A program made the position numbers and the translations under genes. From NCBI GenBank assembly GCA_965215885.1, contig CBDCEW010000020.1, forward strand, positions 1 through 30,228: a DNA stretch of 30,228 nucleotides, read 5' to 3'. The notes beneath the pieces are model-generated. The model ran no database searches. It saw only the letters and a list, made by a program, of their open reading frames with translations, and was not told the DNA's origin. Shown here in pieces: positions 26,570 to 30,228 of the stretch (positions are counted from its first letter, which is position 1; each line of letters opens with the position of its first letter). The DNA comes from Candidatus Moanibacter sp. Lineage in GTDB: Bacteria; Verrucomicrobiota; Verrucomicrobiia; Opitutales; UBA2987.

Positions 26570-27103
26570 CCTCCTTCGACCTTTTCACCGCGTCTGAATT
26601 GTCGATCATACAGGGTCGCATAGAGCCCGCCTTTCGCGAGGAGACTTGCGTGATTACCCGACTCTACAATACGGCCTCCATCCAGGACGATGATCTAGCC
26701 CGAACATCTGACATACCTTCTGCTACGACCGCGGATGTCACTGCGTCTCAAAGCCTTCCCTTGCCCGGCGACCTCAGAGGGTTTCAACACGCTGTCGCCC
26801 GCCGTGCTGCGGAAAGGGTCTGATACGCAGCAACCTACGCAGTCTCGCTACGAAGTGTGTGAAAAGTCCGGGCCTAGTCGGCCGCCAACACGGTCGAGAG
26901 GCGATGGGCAATGACGAGGGACGTGCATCGATTCAGGAGCGGTTCAAGAGCCTCCTGGATGGCTGCCGCGGACTCGGAATCGAGCGAACTGGTGGCTTCA
27001 TCCAGAATGAGAATTCGCGGATTCTTGAGAATGACTCGAGCAATCGCCACACGTTGTCTCTCTCCGCCCTTAGCTCAATGGCGTCGGGTGCGTTTTTCAC
27101 TTC
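26566..27103 (-). pseudogene. ABC transporter ATP-binding domain 3' remnant, interrupted by MITE copy C
   Basis: From 27068: [30 protein letters not shown]...[13 protein letters not shown][MITE][29 protein letters not shown]...stop at 26566. Confidence 0.9.
26699..26872 (+). mobile_element. 174-bp MITE, copy C
   Basis: TIRs cccgaacatctgaca...tgtgaaaagtccggg. CTAG at 26695-26698 and 26874-26877, with one extra C at 26873. Confidence 0.92.
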
Positions 27104-27276
27104 GTCTTCATGATCGTGTCAGCGCGCCCTCCCACCACGAGGTCAGCGTCTTAGTCCGGAGATCGGGTGCCGCCTGTCAATTCCGATCTTGAAAGTTCCT
27201 CGCAAGGCCCTATGAGACATAGCATCACCAGTTGGATAGACTATCGCTATAAACCACCTGGTATTACTACCTGATC

Positions 27277-28599
27277 ATGAAGAAAAAAACTACACACCCT
27301 CTTATTTTCGCAACCATTCGCATTCTGGTTGTGCTCTCTTTCGCTATCGGGCAGACGCCGAGCCTCGAGGCTGGATGGGGCAGCCTCATCAAACAGGCAG
27401 CCGAGAACGCGGCCAAGAAGAAAGTCGAGGAGGGTGTTGAAAAAGCCGTTAGCGGGGCCATTGACAAGACGATCTCCCATCCGGAGAAGGCCATGACGGA
27501 GGAGGAGAAGGCGGCGGTCAGGGCCACAAAACTCGAGGCCCTCGATTTGGACACGGATGCGGTGAAGGTACCAGAACTCGACTTCAGCCGGGACTTTGCC
27601 AGCTCGAATTTCGTACGCAAGACTTTGAAGAAGAAACCAATGGTTGTGGTGCCGGGTTACCGAGTCGTATTCTCACTTGAGACAGTCGGTTATGCGGGCG
27701 TGACGGGCGGTGGCGGCGCGGCGCGTCAGGCGGCCGGATACGGGGCACTGGCCTCGGCCAAGAGCGGTAATGCGCGTGCCGTGGGGGCCTTTACGAAGTA
27801 CTCTACGGCCGGTTCAGGAAGAACCAGGCAGCTTTTCAAGAAAGCTGTTCTGGACGGAGTGACGTTGCCTGAGCTTCAGCAGATCGCCGATCAGGCCTAC
27901 AGCCATTTTCTGGAGGAACTGGAGGCGAGCGGCTACGAGTACGTAGCAGTCGAGGATTTTTCTAACCTCGAGGCATTCAAGAAGATTGAGCTGACTGAAT
28001 CGGGGCCGGCCGCGCCCTATGTCCAACCGGGCGATGATAATTCCCGAAGCACCTATGCCGCTTTTGCGCCCTCGGGTCTTCCTCTTTGGTTCTCACATTA
28101 TGATAAGACCCTGGGTGTTGGCGACAAGGGGCCGTTCGAACAGAAAAATTGGAAGGCGCTTAACGCGCTTTCCGTTGAAACCGATGCGGTGATTCTTGTA
28201 CCACAGATCGGCATCAACTTCGCGCGCATGGAGGATAGTCCGATCTATTCCCTTCCGATCGTTGGGAGCGGCACGCTCGATTTTAATGTCGGGGTGCACC
28301 TGGATCCCCGTGTTACCGCCCTCTCGGCCTATTCCGCCAAGGTGAAGGCGGCAGGGAACGTAGGTGCGGCTACCTTGCGGAAACCGATTTTTCTGCCCTA
28401 TGAATTTGGTATAGTCGAAAAAGTCGAAGTGAAAAAGAGCCGGGGGATTTCAGGAATCAGCATGTATGGCGCCTACTCCATTGACAAAGTGCATGAAGTC
28501 TACGCAGTAACAGTCAAACCGGAAGCCTTTGAAGCGCTTGCCCTGGGAGCGGCAAAAGCGGCGAATGTGGCATTTATTTCGACCCTGAAGACGAAGTGA
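27277..28599 (+). CDS. Secreted hypothetical protein
   Basis: Signal-peptide-like N-terminus (KKK, hydrophobic stretch, LEA), 440-aa intact ORF. No family recognised. Confidence 0.75.
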   Translation: MKKKTTHPLIFATIRILVVLSFAIGQTPSLEAGWGSLIKQAAENAAKKKVEEGVEKAVSGAIDKTISHPEKAMTEEEKAAVRATKLEALDLDTDAVKVPELDFSRDFASSNFVRKTLKKKPMVVVPGYRVVFSLETVGYAGVTGGGGAARQAAGYGALASAKSGNARAVGAFTKYSTAGSGRTRQLFKKAVLDGVTLPELQQIADQAYSHFLEELEASGYEYVAVEDFSNLEAFKKIELTESGPAAPYVQPGDDNSRSTYAAFAPSGLPLWFSHYDKTLGVGDKGPFEQKNWKALNALSVETDAVILVPQIGINFARMEDSPIYSLPIVGSGTLDFNVGVHLDPRVTALSAYSAKVKAAGNVGAATLRKPIFLPYEFGIVEKVEVKKSRGISGISMYGAYSIDKVHEVYAVTVKPEAFEALALGAAKAANVAFISTLKTK

Positions 28600-29735
28600 G
28601 CAAAACTGGTAGTGCTGCGATTACAGCGCCGGGCTTGCCGGCCGGTCCCAAGGAGGGAGTTGCGATCGTCGATTGCGATGTGCACCACAATTTTCGCCGG
28701 CCGGAGGAACTGTTACCGTACCTGTCAAAGTTCTATCAGGAGCATTTCCTCGATCAGGGACTTCATCTACCGTCTGATGGTTACGCCAACATACCGTATC
28801 GGAGGACCCGCACGGATCTGAAGAGTCCCGAACTCAAAGAACGGGATTTCAATTTCTCTTTGAAATTCCTCCAGGAAAAGTACCTCGATCCGTGGAGCAT
28901 CGACTATGCCCTGTTGACTGGCCCTCCGCCGTTTTATGCCTATTCGGGATTGCCCGATCCGGATTGGGCGGCAGCCCTGTGTCGGGCTTTCAACGATTGG
29001 ACTATCGAGCATTGGGTCGGGCACGACGATCGTGTCGTAAACGCCATCCTTATTTCACCTTCCGATCCCATCCAGGCTGTTGACGAAATTAATCGGCTGG
29101 CCGATCGCAAGGACACCGTTGCGGTAATGGTGCCGATGGGTGCCCTAATGCCCTTCGGGAATCGGTTTTATCATCCGATTTGGGAGGCCTGCGAACAACA
29201 TGGCCTCCCGGTCGTCTCCCACATTGGCGGCGGTGCGGGAGCGACCAGAAGCACCCCGACTCCAGTCGGCCATCCCACCTATTATATGGAATCGAGGATG
29301 AGCCGGCCATACCTTGCCAGCACCCATACCGCGTCGCTGATCTGTGAGGGCGTGTTCGAGAAGTTTCCTGCCCTTAAATTTGCCCTCATCGAAGTTCAGC
29401 AGTTTTGGGCAGTGCCCCTGATGTGGCATATGGATGCAGACTGGAAGTCGATACGCGATCAGACACCCTGGCTCAAGCGCCTGCCCAGCGAGTATTTCCG
29501 GGATCACATAAGGGTCGGTTCCCAGCCGATGCACGAGCCGGAGCGACCTGAGCAGATGCACCAGATGCTCGAGATGCTGCACGCCGAAGAGACCCTTATT
29601 TTCTGCTCGGATTTTCCCCACTTTGACTGGAATGACCCGGCGAAGACCTTTCCCAGGCTTTCGGAGCAAATGCACCACCAGATCTTCGCCGGCAACGCTC
29701 TCGATATGCTTCGGCTAGGAATCCGTCTGACTTAG
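28596..29735 (+). CDS. Amidohydrolase-fold protein (Amidohydro_2); candidate dinuclear oxygenase subunit
   Basis: IVDCDVH, CRAFNDW, EGVFEKFPALKFALIE, PWLKRLPSEY, SQP, SDFPHFD. Adjacent to a Rieske gene. Confidence 0.88.
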   Translation: MSKTGSAAITAPGLPAGPKEGVAIVDCDVHHNFRRPEELLPYLSKFYQEHFLDQGLHLPSDGYANIPYRRTRTDLKSPELKERDFNFSLKFLQEKYLDPWSIDYALLTGPPPFYAYSGLPDPDWAAALCRAFNDWTIEHWVGHDDRVVNAILISPSDPIQAVDEINRLADRKDTVAVMVPMGALMPFGNRFYHPIWEACEQHGLPVVSHIGGGAGATRSTPTPVGHPTYYMESRMSRPYLASTHTASLICEGVFEKFPALKFALIEVQQFWAVPLMWHMDADWKSIRDQTPWLKRLPSEYFRDHIRVGSQPMHEPERPEQMHQMLEMLHAEETLIFCSDFPHFDWNDPAKTFPRLSEQMHHQIFAGNALDMLRLGIRLT

Positions 29736-29783
29736 TACCCGAGTAATTTCCACCAAAATTCAGTTTCATTTTCTTGTCTCCAA

Positions 29784-29811
29784 GAGCCTGTCGGCAAAGT
29801 CCGACAGGCTC
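29784..29811. repeat. GAGCCTGTCGG hairpin, possibly collapsed element ends
   Basis: gagcctgtcgg-caaagt-ccgacaggctc. Related single ends at 14120-14134 and 30201-30215. Confidence 0.6.
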
Positions 29812-29828
29812 CCAGAGGTCTCATAGGC

Positions 29829-30200
29829 GTGGCGGGTGTCGTAGTCGGTAAGGTTTCGGATATACCACCCGGGCACCGCATGATTGTGGCGCCTTTCCCC
29901 GGACAGGCCGGTATTGGCGTGTTCAATGTGGCCGGCACTTTCTACGCGGTGCGCAACATCTGTCCTCATAAGGCCGGCCCGATTTGCGCGGGCGAAATCG
30001 GCGTTCGTGTTACTGCCGAAGCGCCTCCCTCTACTGACAATTGCATGATCTCTGTCGACCGCAGCGGCGAGATCCTGCGCTGCCCCTGGCATCAGTGGCC
30101 CTTCGAGATCGAAACCGGACGATGCCTTTTAGACCCAAAGGTACGGGTCAAGACCTACCCTGTGAAGATCGACGGCGATGACGTAATCGTCGAATGCTAG
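29829..30200 (+). CDS. Rieske [2Fe-2S] ferredoxin
   Basis: NICPHKAGP (CxH) and LRCPWHQWPFEIETG (CxxH). Confidence 0.92.
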   Translation: MAGVVVGKVSDIPPGHRMIVAPFPGQAGIGVFNVAGTFYAVRNICPHKAGPICAGEIGVRVTAEAPPSTDNCMISVDRSGEILRCPWHQWPFEIETGRCLLDPKVRVKTYPVKIDGDDVIVEC

Positions 30201-30228
30201 GAATCCGTCGGACTTAGGTAGGTGTTTA

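Noticed and set aside
26859..27113. Plus-strand ORF
   Set aside because: Antisense shadow of the ABC-ATPase remnant.
1..30228. tRNA, rRNA, integron or prophage
   Set aside because: No cloverleaf, rRNA, integrase, attC-type array or phage genes were recognised.

Overview
A 30-kb bacterial accessory region. It holds mostly catabolic genes: a Zn-ADH-like dehydrogenase, a PhyH-type dioxygenase, an aldo/keto reductase, a sulfatase, three Gfo/Idh/MocA oxidoreductases, a TIM-barrel isomerase, L-rhamnose mutarotase, an MTAP-like phosphorylase, an SAF-domain oxidoreductase, DUF6807, a cupin, and an amidohydrolase-fold gene next to a Rieske gene. It also has an octaheme-TPR lipoprotein, a ParD-like/ParE-like toxin-antitoxin pair, an NYN protein, a decayed ISL3 and about seven gene remnants. 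The most unusual content is non-coding. (i) Four copies of an exactly 174-bp MITE are flanked by CTAG-type duplications and have internal stems with compensatory changes; one copy interrupts an ABC-ATPase remnant. (ii) Three copies of a ~128-bp element carry two inverted GTAG-type REP hairpins around a 25-bp spacer, with a consensus IHF site in two copies. (iii) A second REP doublet has its spacer flipped between copies. (iv) Hairpin micro-elements of 25-40 bp appear inserted into short tandem arrays and into each other. No intact mobiliser is encoded in the window. Some frameshifts and one noisy tandem duplication look like long-read assembly errors. All family assignments come from motif recognition by eye; no searches were run.
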